DNA of 64,000 nt from Tubulanus polymorphus (lineage: Eukaryota > Animalia > Nemertea): contig NC_134035.1 in NCBI RefSeq assembly GCF_964204645.1, positions 3,844,001 through 3,908,000 on the forward strand. The letters run 5' to 3'. Made by a program: the position numbers and the translations under genes. The notes beneath the pieces were generated by a model, which was not told the DNA's origin, ran no database searches, and worked only from the letters and a program-made list of their open reading frames with translations. Shown one piece after another: positions 14,216-28,399 of this stretch (positions are counted from its first letter, which is position 1; each line of letters starts with the position of its first letter).

Positions 14216-15434
14216 TGAGTTATATTTCCTAGGATTCCATTATTCAAAAAACTTATTTCATTCCCCGAAGCTTCGATTACGATCATCACTCATTCGTTCA
14301 AAATTTCCGAGGCATCATCTCCAGCTGGTTGCATTAACATCAATTACCCAATGATTAAAGCATTGTCGCGAGTCCCGCCCCTACAACGCATCATCCATTC
14401 ATCCATTCACGACGTATTTACCCTAGACCGGTCAGTTTAAATCGTTCAATCATCCGTTTCAACGAAAATAGTTCTATTCCTACCCTTCGGGCGGAGAGGA
14501 ACACTAGGGATATCGACGAGCTAGCAGCTATTGGTGGCGGCATTGTCAACGCCGTAGTATTACTCACATAACACCAGCTACGGAGCGACATTGACTCGGA
14601 CAATGCGAAACTATGATGAGAGAATAAACAGCTGTTAAATCCCCTCATTCACTCTCATGCATATTTAGCGGGGAGAGATAAGATTAGAAACGGACATTAA
14701 AAATGATATCTCGTCGACAGTGTGCGCACGCGCTCCTGCGTTTATAAGTCGCATTCGATGCAAACGCAAATAGTAGAATCATGACGCTATTGTTCAGGTT
14801 TTCACAGTAGAACAATGACGGATAAGAAGTGCCATTTATGAGTTTAATCGAAATCGTTAGATTCAAGCAGTTCATCGAGATTCGAGCCTTTCGGCTTCGT
14901 TCGTCAAAACATAGACTCTTAGGCACTTAGATCGGATGTTACTAGTATTTTCGACTCTATCCTTATAGTCATCTTCAGTGGAGTGATCTTGTTCCCTCGC
15001 CAATAATGTACATCCCTGTCATGTAGCTAATATATAAATCATTTGCGTATGTTCTAAAAATGTATCTAATGTCCATATATGACGAAATGAATTATGAAAA
15101 ATTATTTTTCAAGAGCTGGTTTCATAAACTGGTATTACCTCAAACCCTGAGGCTAATTCAATTGAAAATGAATTGAGTTAGCCCCTGGGTTAAAGGTAAT
15201 ACCAGCCTATAAAACCAACCGCCAGGTACCAGTATATCATTCCAGGCCCCAAGAATCGTATTGTTTTCCTGAAGACGACTATAAGGATATAGTGGAAATG
15301 TTGTATAAACTACAAGCACAAAGAAAAGAGCCTTTTCGGACTCATTTTTCATTTTGTCTTGTGGCATTTCACCCGTATCATCGTATGTACAATGTTTACA
15401 TCCTTCATTCCCGCGCATAATTTACGATACTCTT

Positions 15435-15794
15435 AAGCCTAGCGCACATCGACACTGCGATTGGAGGCAACTAGTTGCAAGGCAGTTTTCGGCGCATGAG
15501 AGGAACTGGCTGGATATGATCAGTTGCTTGAATGTGTCGATGTGAGCGAGCTTACGATTGGTAAGCGTCGATCTATCTCCAGTTCCAGTCAGTTGCCCAT
15601 GTTCTACTTTTGAGCAACTGGTTGTACTCAATCGCAGTCATATCCGTCGATGTGCGCGCTCTGGATCTCGGCGATCGACACGCGCCATGCAGTTGCTGCA
15701 ACTGACCGGTTGTAACAAGATTTCGATGTGCGCGGGGTAATCGTTCGGTAGCAACTAGTTGTCTCCAATCGCAGTGTCGATGTGCGCTAGGCTT
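15435..15794. mobile_element. MITE with about 44-bp TIRs, PIF/Harbinger-like
   Basis: AAGCCTAGCGCACATCGACACTGCGATTGGAG and its reverse complement at the ends; superfamily is inference. Confidence 0.75.
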
Positions 15795-16838
15795 CATGCA
15801 CAGTGGTTATAACGCACCCTACTAGCAAAACTTCATATAGCATTTATTGGTTCTTTTGCTACTAGTAATATAGGAACTATCCCTTGACCCTACCGAGCCT
15901 TTCCTAATCCCGACTTCATCGGACTGTACGAGATAACTTAAAATCGTACCTACATAATTCAACATTTACACAATACGTTTACTTAGGAGGTAATTCCGAT
16001 ACGTCCTGACCATTTAGAAATCCATAAATGTGCATAAGGCCGGTAAGACACTGGTATATATTACATGTGAATGTAGGAAAAATGCCACTGGAAAATATAT
16101 ACATATATCCGGTAAATGGAAAAATGAGATGGGAAATTCGAAGCCAATTTTCACATGTATTTAATTCCTAATTAATCACGGAACGTCGAAAATTACGATC
16201 AGTCGAACACTTTAAAAACGATTTATGAGATAACCATTGATGAAATACAGCGCGAGTCCGCGCGTTGTGACGACAATATAAAAATCCCACACTATATAAG
16301 AATGAAAAATAAAGTCCGAAATCTTTCCTCGAGCTAGTAGTTTATTCACTTTTTTTACTATGAACTGATGATCATCTTCAGCCCATAAATCTATATGCAA
16401 ATCTCATTATTTCGTCATAACATCAGTATTTCTGAAGACGACTATTAGGATATAGAAGAAACATCGAATAAACTACACTAGCTCAAGAAAACATTTCAGA
16501 CTTCTATCCTTCATTTGTAGTATGGGATTTTTTACAGTATGATTGACGAGACCTTAAATTTCGTTCGGCAATCGCAGATCTTTGTGAAAAAGTTGCTCAC
16601 GTCGAATCAGAAGATAAAGCAACGTCAGGCCATGTCTGGGTCTTAACTGGCCTAACTCGGACTCGAGGCAAATTTGGACCATGCATGTACATGTAAATCT
16701 ATCACTACTAAAATACTATCGGATTGATACTATGGCAATTGAGCCGAGTTACTTGCAGAACCAGTTTTCGGTCTCATCTCCCGATTTCCAGGTACGTAAG
16801 GTAAGTGGCAACGCAACCTTGATTGACGAATAACCAGT

Positions 16839-16868
16839 GAGAGAGAGTGAGAGAGAGGGAGGGAGAGA

Positions 16869-16911
<43 letters not shown>
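16839..16911. repeat. (GA)n microsatellite
   Basis: direct inspection. Confidence 0.95.
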
Positions 16912-16916
<5 letters not shown>

Positions 16917-17674
16917 ATGTTTCTGTGTATTAACAGTCACATGGTATGGTAAGATACAAGACACATCTGTCGGGTTTAAGACAAAAAAAAAATCCATGCC
17001 GTCTTATTGTCTCTCACTGGTACTAGCGCGCGCGCACACACACACTCTCGAACACTGACACTAGTGCAGCATATGGTGTCGCAAAACGAGAAAAAGGAAA
17101 ACCTGCCCATTTAAAACTATACGGGGAGATAATCGTCGAACGAACGCGACAAAGCGTTTCCATAATAACAGCAATCGAAATCTCCCGTTAAAACCGGTCG
17201 TAATTCCGCGCTACGCGAATGCCCGGGAATTCCGAAAACAAATTTCTAGAGATTTTTGCGACATTCGGCGGCAAGCGGGCACAAAAATGGGTAGAATACC
17301 TTATATTCACAGTAACTCGGGACCATCGTCAAACTAAGAAAATGCATATAAAATATCGATATCATTATCCATATCGTATTTGAATGATAACTAACCCTTA
17401 CCCCTTATTTAACAATTATCTAAAATTGTACAAAGTCATAATAACCGATAACCCCATATCGTAATGCAGTTATATGAAAATGAATCATCATAACAATTAT
17501 CATAAGAAATGAAAAGAAATTTCATTATTCATCATTTTACATATCATCCGTGCAAAGCATTGCTATCTAGATCAAAATCCCCGATCCCTATTGCGATAAA
17601 TTTCCTGCTTTAAAACTACAACCTGCTAAATATTCCGAAACCGTTTTTACGGATGCGCGCATCCCGTTACATAC

Positions 17675-17768
17675 CGTCCGAATATGTGCGCGTATATTCC
17701 TCGAATCCGTACCCGTGGCCGTGGTGGTGATGCGCCATCGCAAATTTCAAAGACGAAGGCGCCCACAT
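17675..17768 (-). CDS. Su(H): Candidate alternative first coding exon of Su(H), MWAPSSLKFAMAHHHHGHGYGFEEYTRTYSD
   Basis: ATG at 17768 (second in-frame ATG 17738) with in-frame stop upstream; g|gtatgt donor in phase 1, matching the 13938 acceptor. Confidence 0.55.
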
Positions 17769-18068
17769 TGGCGCGACACGCTATCGTCCGTCCGTCCGAA
17801 TTGGCGCGATGCCGCCGACGAATTTCGGTACAGCAGCGGCGATGTTTTTACGAATGATATTTACGCCGTATTCCGAGGAGAACTGCGTAGCCGCCGTAAA
17901 GGAGTATTCGTCGATAAAGGAGTATTCGTCGCCACTGCTGCTGTATCCCTCTCTCTCTCTTGTCAGAACGGTATCGTTGGTGAGACTCCGATGACGAACA
18001 ACGACGACGACGACGACAGAGTTCATTTAATATTAATTATATGCTAACACCTGTACGCAGACAGATTT

Positions 18069-18076
18069 TTCCCACG
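18069..18076 (-). promoter_or_regulatory. CSL/Su(H) binding site CGTGGGAA about 300 bp upstream of alternative exon 17768
   Basis: exact consensus match; function untested. Confidence 0.45.
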
Positions 18077-19181
18077 GTGGCGGACAATTCATCCATCGCT
18101 CGCTCGTATATTATACAGCTTACGGGGCCACAAGTAAACGATGATAGCATCGAACGAGAAGACGCCGCCGTACCCTGTAATCTGTATACAAATAATCGCG
18201 CAAACACTGACGGATTTAGCGTCCGAAACCACTACATGCAAATGCAAAAGATTTGAAATGGAATTTATCGAAGAGCTTTATTGAGAATTAAAATGAAAAA
18301 ATTTTGAGAAGACATCTCGGCTCCTCTAGAGGCTACACCTGGCCATGGTGTCTATAGAAACCACGAAATGCATCTTAATTCTTGATAAACTTCTTATCTT
18401 AAGAATTTATATATAGTCGGTTTTCATTTTTCTATTCATCTTATTAGATAGTAGCACTTTATCAGTAACCTGCTCTATGTACTATCGGTGTCAAAATATC
18501 CGATAAGCTTTTGACAAAACAACAAAAAAACGTTTTTTTTAGTATTTCCAAAACCTAGATAATTAGATTTAATGGATTTTAATCGTTGAAATTCATATAT
18601 AGCAAGTTTTAATCTGATTTTAAAACTACGCTCCATGTCCCAGTGTATACATGGGCTATTCTACGATCGCGATTTACACTGTTTTCTAGAACAGTCATTA
18701 GTAATTAACGGGTTTTCAGGGTGGCTCAATCTCGCACCCGTTCATAATCGATATTATTCTATTAAAACGACGAACACGAAGATGTTAATAACGTTATGGG
18801 TAAGCACGCACGCGCGCGCGTTGGACCACGCGACCGACCGGGTTTCCGTATTCCGTACTCGCGTACACAAATGCGGTGGGGCTAAGCAAACGACGCGAAG
18901 TTGTATTTGCTCTGAAGAAATACCAGACGCGCAATCTACTAGATCTACTATTACTACGTAATCATAAATATCACTTTAGAACACGGGGAGTGGAGAACAG
19001 GTCAAAATCGATCGCGGGAAAACAAACGCGGCGCGTATAGATTCGAATTGCCTCTACGGTATTGATTAAACAATAGAAAATGACGCCGTTCAAATGCGCT
19101 TTTCCGTTTAGTAGAACGACGGCCTTTTTTACGGTCATATTTACCGGTAAAGGTAAAAAATGATACCTAAATTCTCCTTAA

Positions 19182-19480
19182 CCCTTTCAGTGCTGGCTAA
19201 TTAATACCCTATAGTGCTGAAGATAATCTGAAAATTTTGAAAAATTCCACCCTAGTGTGTTGAATAACGGGAATACCACGAAAAAAGTGTCAAAAAGTGT
19301 CTACACCGCGGCGCAGTGTATCGTTAGTTACTAATATTTCACTATGTTTGACATGTATTGCCATCTTTCAATAGAGATAAAAACGAATTACTAATTACAC
19401 CAATACACCGCAGTGCGGTGTACTAGCAAAATCTATCACTGATTTATACACCGCACTGCGGTGTAGACGCACTGAAAGGG
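19182..19480. mobile_element. piggyBac-like MITE
   Basis: TIR CCCTTTCAGTGC/GCACTGAAAGGG flanked by TTAA on both sides. Confidence 0.9.
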
Positions 19481-22400
19481 TTAAGCGGCCAGGGTCTGGT
19501 TTCATAGACTGGTATCAGAGTTATCCCTCGGGGTAAATCCTCCTAAATCTGGGTAACAACCACCTTAGTAACAATGAGAAACCATGGTAATAACTGACGA
19601 ATTTCAAATCGATCCCGGGGACTATTTCGCTTCCGCATCTATGAAACCCGGCGCCAAACTTTTTCGTAAACCGCGATGAAATTTGTAATCAGTTCATTTC
19701 TATAACTGCCGCGTCTGTAATAGGAAAATTCAACATGATTACAAAAATAGTATAATGAACAGGGTAGATAGGCGGCTGGCCGGGTCAACTTTTAAGTTCA
19801 GCAGAAATGAGAAACAAGGTAGCTAGTTCTATTTTCCGCACAAAAGATTTTCAGTTCAATTCGAAACTCAAGTTCGAACTGAAGACGAGTCGTAAGATTA
19901 AAACCGAGCGCCGGGTTTTAAGTCATCAAAGACGCGATCACACGTAGATGATGTGGCTCGAGCCAAATTTGGCCCGTGCCTAATTAGAGAACGCGTTCAC
20001 ACGCAAACCATTCAATCGATACTAAACAATGCTCAAACAAAGCGAAGTGGATCATTTCCGGTGCCAGTTGCAATTCAAACGCAATCATTCGTCTGGTGCT
20101 AAAATTTGGCTCGGGCAGGCCTGGTCCGACATTTTTGGTCGGGCCAAAAATGCTCGTGTGATCGCGGCTAATGTTGAAGGAAAGTCGAACTCCTGATTAA
20201 GCCATCCATAACTCGCTGACAATTCTAGTTCGACAAATGACCTATAAGACTAAATTCATCCGTCAGTCAGATCCGGCGCGTAGCTCGGCGATGACGCACA
20301 GAATCGCACGGGCGAAATCCGAACTTCGCTCTTTTGAAGCGCGCGTGATATCGGGGTTCATTTGGACTAAATTAGGTCTTCGTAATTCTAAAGCGCATTG
20401 AAAAACGCCGCGAAAACGATCGCATTAAGATACATACGCCCCGAGGCTCTCGTCATTTCAACAAAAATAGACAGGAAAATACTTCTGAAGAGGTTCTTCA
20501 AACGACAATAGCTAGAAAGTCGCGTTGTTGTTGTTATTATTATTACCACAAACTCCAGTTATTTCGGATAATTGTAAAACAGCTAAGAATGCCGGCTACA
20601 TAAAGATATACGGACGAGAAAGAAAAAAAAAATAAAGCGTAAAAAATTTTTTTGAGAGAGAGCGACGAGCGATTTATGTCGTCGCTGTCAAGAAAATGAT
20701 TTAGCGTGAGAAACGTCGAGAGCAACAGTAGCGTTCGACGATAGACCGAGGCCCCGTAAAGCCGGGCAACGCGGCGCGCCCGTTCGTAAAGTCACGGTCC
20801 GCGCTTCGCGTTCTCCAAGGAAACCGGGAATTTTCCCAAGACTCGTCGCCGTTAATTACCCGTTGGTTTATTGTAATTCGTTTAGCAGTTTATAAGCGAT
20901 ATGTATATATATAATATAGCGTACGCGACGAGGTTGTTAAAATATCGGGACGTCTTACGTTTCTTTGTAAACTTTCGCTATTAACTTCTGAAAATAACAG
21001 TTCATCATTATCAACGTTTAAATGGCTATTCGAAAATCTTTTCGCGAACGCCTTGAATACGATAATGCGAAGAATGCTAAATTTAAACGCTCGAAAACTA
21101 TAAGAACTTTGTTCGTTTTTCGATTTATCGGAAAACGTCTTCCGAAAGTAAGATTTGCTTCTCGAAGCCCCGATGAGGGAAACGCGGAAAAGGAAACACG
21201 TTTCCCCGCGTTATGTCTACTTACGAGAAACGTGGTTTAGGGAACGAAGTTTCTGAGATCGAATGGATCAATCAATCCTGGATATAAGGAGTTTAGACAG
21301 GGTCCCTACAGATCAGTTATTCCTGGATATAAGGAGTTTTCAAGGGGAAACTTTCAATATTTCTAGGAAGTGTCTGCAGCACTTTTATATCCCAATTACA
21401 GTGGACTCCTAAATCTGTACTGTTTATCTCCGTAAACTGGTGTCATCTACATGCCTGGGAGTACACTAAACTCTAATTCAGTATGCGCCTAATTTGGTAA
21501 AGACAAAATCCTGGTCCAAACTGTACCAATTTTGGCAGTCTACTATACAACTACGAACAAGACAAAAATGTCTAATTACCTAATTCTCAAAAACGAAGGA
21601 GTTCGGGGCATTTTGCTCAAATTAAAGGAGTTTCAAGCACTTTTAATCAGTGTATTCAAGGAGCCGTAGGATATCTTTGAAATGCTTCTAGTTCCACAGT
21701 TGCGAGTTACTGAGTTAACTCACCGGTTAACATCAATTAAAACGAGTTAAAACGTTTGAACTCATAAAGAACCGAATCTAACTCGGAACTCGGAACCGAG
21801 GAACTGAATCTGGGCGTGTCAATTTTCCAACCAGACCGGACCCCGCGAGCGAAAAAAAAATTTCATCGTCCCCGCATAATGAATTTTCAATCAGTCAATA
21901 TGCGCAGCACGAAAACAACGCGGCGCGCTTTGCTTGCCATAAGCATACAAGATACCGATAACAGCATACGCTCAGTCGTGTCGTCTCGTTCGTCAATTTT
22001 ATCAGAAAGTCGGCCCCGGAGAGTTGGATTTTATAGATAGCGCGTTAAAGACAGCCGGTCATTTTCCCACGCGCGCGCGATTCCATTATCTTAATGCATT
22101 CATATACACCAGCCCTGCAGCAGCAGCAGCAGCAGCATACAGCGTCGTCGTCCTAGTCGATGATGATTATAGCCACGATCCAACCAAGAAACAACTTGGC
22201 CCGTATTTGAACCGGCCCCGGACCAGAGATGAGTCAAATTTGACCCGTGCTTAATTAGAGAGGACATTCACACTTACGTCGGTAAAGCTGCGCTCACGCA
22301 CGGAGAAGATTTGGCCCGGTTCAAACCGGCCCGGACAAAACCTGGCATCGAATTTGGCCCATGCTTACTGTAATTAGAGGGGACATTCACTTACATCAGT

Positions 22401-22826
22401 TAAGCTACCATCACCTAGGGGCATTTGGTGGGGGTCATACCGGCCTCAATGAGACCAAAGTTAAATTTGGCCTTCAAACAGACTAATCATTCACTATCTA
22501 CTAAGATATTATCAAAATGATACTGTGGCAAGTGAGGTGAGCTAGCTTTCACAAGGAATAATTCGTTAAAATTTGGCCCATGCCTTTTAACAGACCGCGT
22601 TCAAAAAATCACTCACTCATTTTCTACTAAAATACTATCGAAATGATACTGTGGCAAGCGAGGTGAGCTAACTTTTACCAGGAATTTTTCGTTGAAATCT
22701 GGCACGGGCCTGGTCCCGACATTTTCATGGTCGGTTTCGAAAATCGCTCTTAGAATCGAGTCCCATCTCAAAGCGTACTTTTTCTCAAATCGTGGCTTTT
22801 TCCCCAAGATACTTTCTTCTTCTTAA

Positions 22827-23112
22827 CCCTTTCAGTGCTGACTAATTAATACCCTATAGTGCTGGAGATAATTTGAAAATTCTGAAAAATTCCACCCTAG
22901 TGTGTTGAATAACGGGATACTATAGTGTGTCTACACCGCGGCGCAGTGTATCGTTAGTTACTAGTATTTCACTATGTTTAACACGTGCTGCCATTTTTCA
23001 AGAGAGATGATTACTAATTACTAATTACATCTCAATACACCGCAGTGCGGTGTACTAGCAAAATCTATCACTGATTTATACACCGCACTGCAGTGTAGAC
23101 GCACTGAAAGGG
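22827..23112. mobile_element. piggyBac-like MITE, same family
   Basis: same TIRs and TTAA flanks, internal sequence near-identical to 19182-19480. Confidence 0.9.
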
Positions 23113-25233
23113 TTAAAACCCTTCATCTTCATATGCCGCGGCACAATTTCTTCTACGAAACTACAACTAACCCTTTATTATATTGGGCACGACTTTTAAA
23201 TAGGGGAATAATATTTCAGCATCGATGTATGATGATGACAACGATGATGATGATGATGATGATGATGTTGTATTTGTTGACCGTGGGAATCGCGTCAGAT
23301 CGCGCGGGGAACAGTTCCGCGTCGAGCATCCTCGTGAAATATGCCGACGCGAAACGAAAAGAAATTGATACGAATATCGAATAACCAACCGTTCGAAGTC
23401 ATTTTCATATTCTCCGCAACATATTCCGACGAGTTTGTAAAGTTCGCCGTAAACTGTCCAAATGAAATCCTGCATCCACAAGTCGAGAGACTTAGTGGTC
23501 TTAATTAAATCTTAAGACTGGTCTTAAGTTGAAAGAAGACCATGGAACTGCCTTGCTCTTAAGGCTGGTCTTAATCTCAACCAAATAAATACGAAGCTAA
23601 TCTTAGTTCTATGGCCAATGAAAAAACTTCAGTCATCAGACTTTCATTTTTTGCTTGAGTTGCAACTCAAAACCTATTTGATAAATGTGGAACTGGGTTC
23701 AGTATTTGTTTCAGAATCAGGGGCTAGTTGTATAGTCGAGACTAGAGTCCAAAAGTGGTCCTAAATCTCAAAGCTGATCTTAAGTTGTTAGATTAATTAT
23801 ATTGATCTGAGTTGGCCTTAGACCATCTTAGTCCCCGTAGCCAATCTAACAACTAACATCAAATCTTAAGTTTTGAAAGCACTCTTGGACTCATCAAATT
23901 CATGATTTTGCCACTGGCCCCGGGGCTTCAGATGGAAGTTAGGACAGTTTTTGCGAAATTTCTGGAAAGCTCTGGTCTAAGCTATGGGAACGTTAGACCA
24001 TTTCGAAAACGATTTCCATAACCATGGAACTGGATCATCGGGTTTGGTTTCGTGAGATACTTCAAACTCAAACCTGTAAAGGTCTAATATTGTACGTGAA
24101 GTGCTTAATGTAAATAAAACTATATCCATTTTTTTCGGAATACTTTAAAACTCACAGTGGGACTGGGACCTATGATGTACGACGATGCCTTGTTTGGGTG
24201 ACGCTTTTCATAAGCTAGTTAGCAGTTAATACAATCATACAGATGCCAGAGACATCTAGTGATAAACAAACGAACTACTCGCACGGGCCGGGTCATTAAA
24301 CTCTACACACAAAAACCAGCAATCGTGCATAGATTGGTAAATGGTGCCATCTATGAATAAACAGTCAAATCATTATCCTTCGATAATTGATTCGATACTA
24401 GCAGATACAGTCAAGATTTTAAATGGTGGGATTTTAAAAAAAGGCTGTTGGAAAAGAAAGTTGAGTCCTATAACAATATCGAACTTCGAAAATGGCACAA
24501 ATCTAAATGCAAGACTAATGAATTTTTCCGAAAACTCTATACAGTAAGTCAGTGAGATATGAACTATTGCCCAATTAGTACAGACTCCTACAAAATTGGT
24601 ACTGTTTAACGGTAATTCAGTGGTTTTGTAAGCAACTTTTCGTCCTAAAAACTACCTTAACTCGGGTTTCCTATTTGGTAACCACCTAATTGGGTAATGG
24701 ATATCCAGTGACCCAAACGTTCACCACGTTTGAGTGTGGTTAACGTACTAATAGATATCCTGGTCCTTAACTGTACCAAATTAGGCTTGGTTTTCTGTAC
24801 AACTACAAACTAGACAAAAATTTTTCAGTGTCTATTTCTCAAAATTGAAGGAGTTTCAGGTATTTTGTATAAAGTAAAGGAGTTTCAAGCACCTTTTAGA
24901 GCATTTTCCATTTAGAAGAAGTTTTTAAGGAATCAAGGAGTCATTGGGACCCCGGGCCCAGTTGCACAGTCATGACTTTAGTCCAAAACTGATGCTTAAT
25001 CTTAAGACGGTCTTAAGTAGTTGTTAGATTGGCAATATAGAACTAAGTTGGTCTTATAACGGTCTTAAATCTTCCCCAGTTAAGGCTTAGACTTAAGACC
25101 AGTCTAATACCATTTTAGCTCTTAAGCCATATCTAACTTAGGCCAGTCTTAAGTTTTACTACCATTTTCAGTTTTAAGTCTTCGACTAGGGAACTGGTCC
25201 CTGTTAAAGATTTATAAAATATAGAAATCATAC

Positions 25234-25816
25234 CGTGATCCGTCGTGTTGGAGAAATCTCTTCGATTCTGCGAAGACGTATTGTTATCATCCTGTTCGGT
25301 CCTGCCGCTGCCGCCGCCGCGATCGACCGCTCGATAGTGTGTACCGTCGAAGCCGTGTCCCGTCGACGCGGCCGCCGCGTTGTAATCGTCGTAATTCGCG
25401 CGGCGTCGATTCGCGTTGCGTTCGTTGTCGTTATTGAAACTGTCGATCAAACCGGACTCGACGACGTCTTCGAAATTGTTCGTCGCGAGCGTCGTCCGCA
25501 CTGTAGACTTACCCGCCGTTGTCGCCGCGTAGCCGTTCAGATTACGATCGACGCCGCCGCCTGGTGTCGGCAACTGAAGTCGATTCGTCAGATCTAACGG
25601 ATTGTCAAACGCGGTCGTCATCCGTCTGCTCATCTGGTGGTTACCATGGTGACCGAGGAGCGTCTTCGCGGCGGTTACATTGTTGGCCACGGTGGCCGTG
25701 ACGGTGGAGGCACAGTTCGGTAGGTTGTTAAATGAGAACGCATGATGATTGTTCATCTGTCCGAGGATCGGTGCATCTCTCTGTAAACTGGCTCCTAATG
25801 TGTAACCATAATACGG
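25234..25816 (-). CDS. Su(H): Su(H) long-isoform coding exon, PYYGYTLGASLQRDAPILGQMNNHH...FDNPLDLTNR...TTDH
   Basis: atttcag acceptor, gtatga donor, 583 nt phase 0 to 1; contains PxDLS-like PLDLT; joins in frame to 13938. Confidence 0.85.
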
Positions 25817-26237
25817 CTGAAATAATACGACGAAAAATAATTGAATACACGATAATTACCTGAGCCGTTTCGGGGTAATCTCATCGAAGTCGATTACCTG
25901 AGCTGTACGTTACAAGGGGTAATCCCCGAGGAAGTCGATTACCTGACCCATATGGCATATGGGGTAGATTACCAACCTGTACTGCGTGTTTAGGATAATC
26001 CTGTGGAACTGGATTACCTGGGGTCAGTAGCTCTAAAATTGCTTCAAGAAAACCGGCGAATAAATACCATAGTAACAATGAACTTTCAATTGTCACTTTG
26101 TCAACTATCCACTGGTTGACTAGAACCAACTTTAGAGCAATTGGCCCCAGACTCAGGATAAAATAGTGTGGGATACGTTTACCCAACGCATACTAGGCTG
26201 AAGGATTCAAAACAGTGGGACTCATACAGACCCATAC

Positions 26238-26632
26238 AGCATATAAGGGTCAATCTATCGGAATCAAATTACCTGAGCCTGACAGCATAGGGGTCAACCT
26301 AGCGGACTCTATTACCTGCCCCCGCACAGCATAGGGGTCAACCTAGCGGACTCTATTACCTGCCCCGTACAGCATAGGGGTCAACCTAGCGGACTCTATT
26401 ACCTGCCCCGTACAGCATAGGGGTCAACCTAGCGGACTCTATTACCTGCCCCGTACAGCATAGGGGTCAACCTAGCGGACTCTATTACCTGCCCCGTACA
26501 GCATAGGGGTCAACCTAGCAGAATCTATTACTTGCCCCGTACAGCATAGGGGTCAATCTAGAAGAATCTATTACCTGTCCCGTACAGCATAGGGGTCAAC
26601 CTAGCGGACTGAATTACCTGCCCCGTACAACA
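26238..26632. repeat. 43-bp minisatellite, about 9 copies
   Basis: unit CAGCATAGGGGTCAACCTAGCGGACTCTATTACCTGCCCCGTA; starts at 26283, 26327, 26370, 26413, 26456, 26499, 26542, 26585. Confidence 0.95.
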
Positions 26633-28399
26633 TATTGCAACCCACGGGACTCATTAACCACAGAGCGCGAATATAATGACAGTTTTAATTTCCACAGATC
26701 AAATTGAACTTGCGGAACCCGTGGAACTGGGTGCCGGATTAATTGTACTGAATCAACTAAAGTCGTTTAACGTAACGCTCAGTAGGTCGGCTGGGTGTGT
26801 GCGTGTATGTGTGTGTGTATATAGCGTAGAAGGTAATTTTCTGCCGACCCGAGGTGTTAGTGTGGGAAAGTTGTCGATCACTATAAATACAGCAATTAAT
26901 GTACATTTATACTCTCTCTAGCTCTCTCTCTTAGCGCGGCGGCGCGCGTAAATGCCGCAATGCCGGCCGTTTACAGTCGGTGTTCTTGCTGACTGTAGGA
27001 ATGTCACCGAGCTTCCCCCGAACCGTGGGAAACTAGCTAATACGCGATATCAAATTACTCAAATTATTTCCTACGAATTCTGTCGCGCTTCTTACACGGA
27101 CGGACGCAGGGCCCAATATAATCAAACCTAATTCTAAAGCGATTTAACGTGAACTGGATTTAAACTCACTCCGACTTGAACTATTACCCTTAACTCGAAA
27201 AGTTCAGTTTTAACTAAAACCCCGCCAAAAAAGGTCATTAGAGGAAGGTCATTTTACTATTCAGCTCCTAATCTTTGTAATGAACTACCTCGCAGCATTA
27301 GAGAGTCTCCATCTGTCTCAGCCTTTGAATCCAGATCGAAAACTTTTCCTTTTATAAGCACCTATGGTGATCAATATTCAACTCGTACTATATAAGCTAA
27401 AAAATCTTATCGTTATTAGTCTATTAACCCCCCCCCCACGATAGCTCATTAGACAAACATTTAAGTTGTAATAACCCATACGTACGTTCAGAACCTCAAG
27501 GGGCATTGTATAATCCGCGATGGAAAACTATACATATTTTCAGGGATGCTTGGCAGCTGTAAGTGTCCTGAAACAGGTCCTCGTCGTCGCCCGGTGCGGT
27601 ATTTATTCAACACACGCGCTGCGCATTTTTAACAACGTACAAATGGTAAACGTACGACGATGACATAGAGCTCTCGCCCGGCACATCGATTGACCCGTTT
27701 TCGCGAATTACTAAACGACCCTCACCCCATTTACGGCGCAGCTAACGAGCCCTTCAGGATATTCTCGGGGTTACGAAACGCTGGCACGTAGAATTCGCCG
27801 CGTCGATCGATAAGGCGACCGCGTTCGAATAAGATAACTACTAAGTTCGAACCCAAGCTCTGTTTTATAGTCGAGACTTAAGTCCAAAAGTGATCTTAGT
27901 TCTTAAGTCCGGTCTATAGAACTAAGTTGTCCTTAGATCGGTCTCAAGTCTAAGCCATGACTGCAACCGGCCCCAGGATCTAGTCAGGATGAGCGAAATC
28001 TCTGAATAATCACAGACAGACGAAAACTCCAAAGTGGCACTGGCTCCCGAATGATTTTGCATTTTGACATCTAAATCATACAACGCGTGGAACGAAGTCC
28101 TGTACCGTGAAAAACTGGACACCTAATCAGTTCAAAACTGTGAAACCGATACGAAGAGCGTTGAACAATTACTTTAGGTGCTCTTCTATAAAGTAGAACA
28201 GTAATACTTGGATATGCAAAAACTCTTTTCGTGCATAGGCCTAGAGTAGAACCATCTACAAGAAGATTTAATCAACCCCTGTCAGTGATGCCTGTGCCTT
28301 CCGACAAGGCATCGGAAGATGATCGCGCGTCATCATCTCTTTCAACCCCAGTCGGTCGAACTATCAACATCAGGTCGTACCATCAAGATCGAGACTTAC

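Noticed and set aside
23167-23481. 104-aa minus-strand ORF
   Set aside because: No recognisable motif or clear splice sites; overlaps a MITE end and a (GAT)n tract
25640-25653. RFX X-box-like GTTACCATGGTGAC
   Set aside because: Lies in Su(H) coding sequence (GHHGN codons) with no independent support
26238-26632. CRISPR-like array
   Set aside because: Units are contiguous with no unique spacers, and the context is a eukaryotic intron
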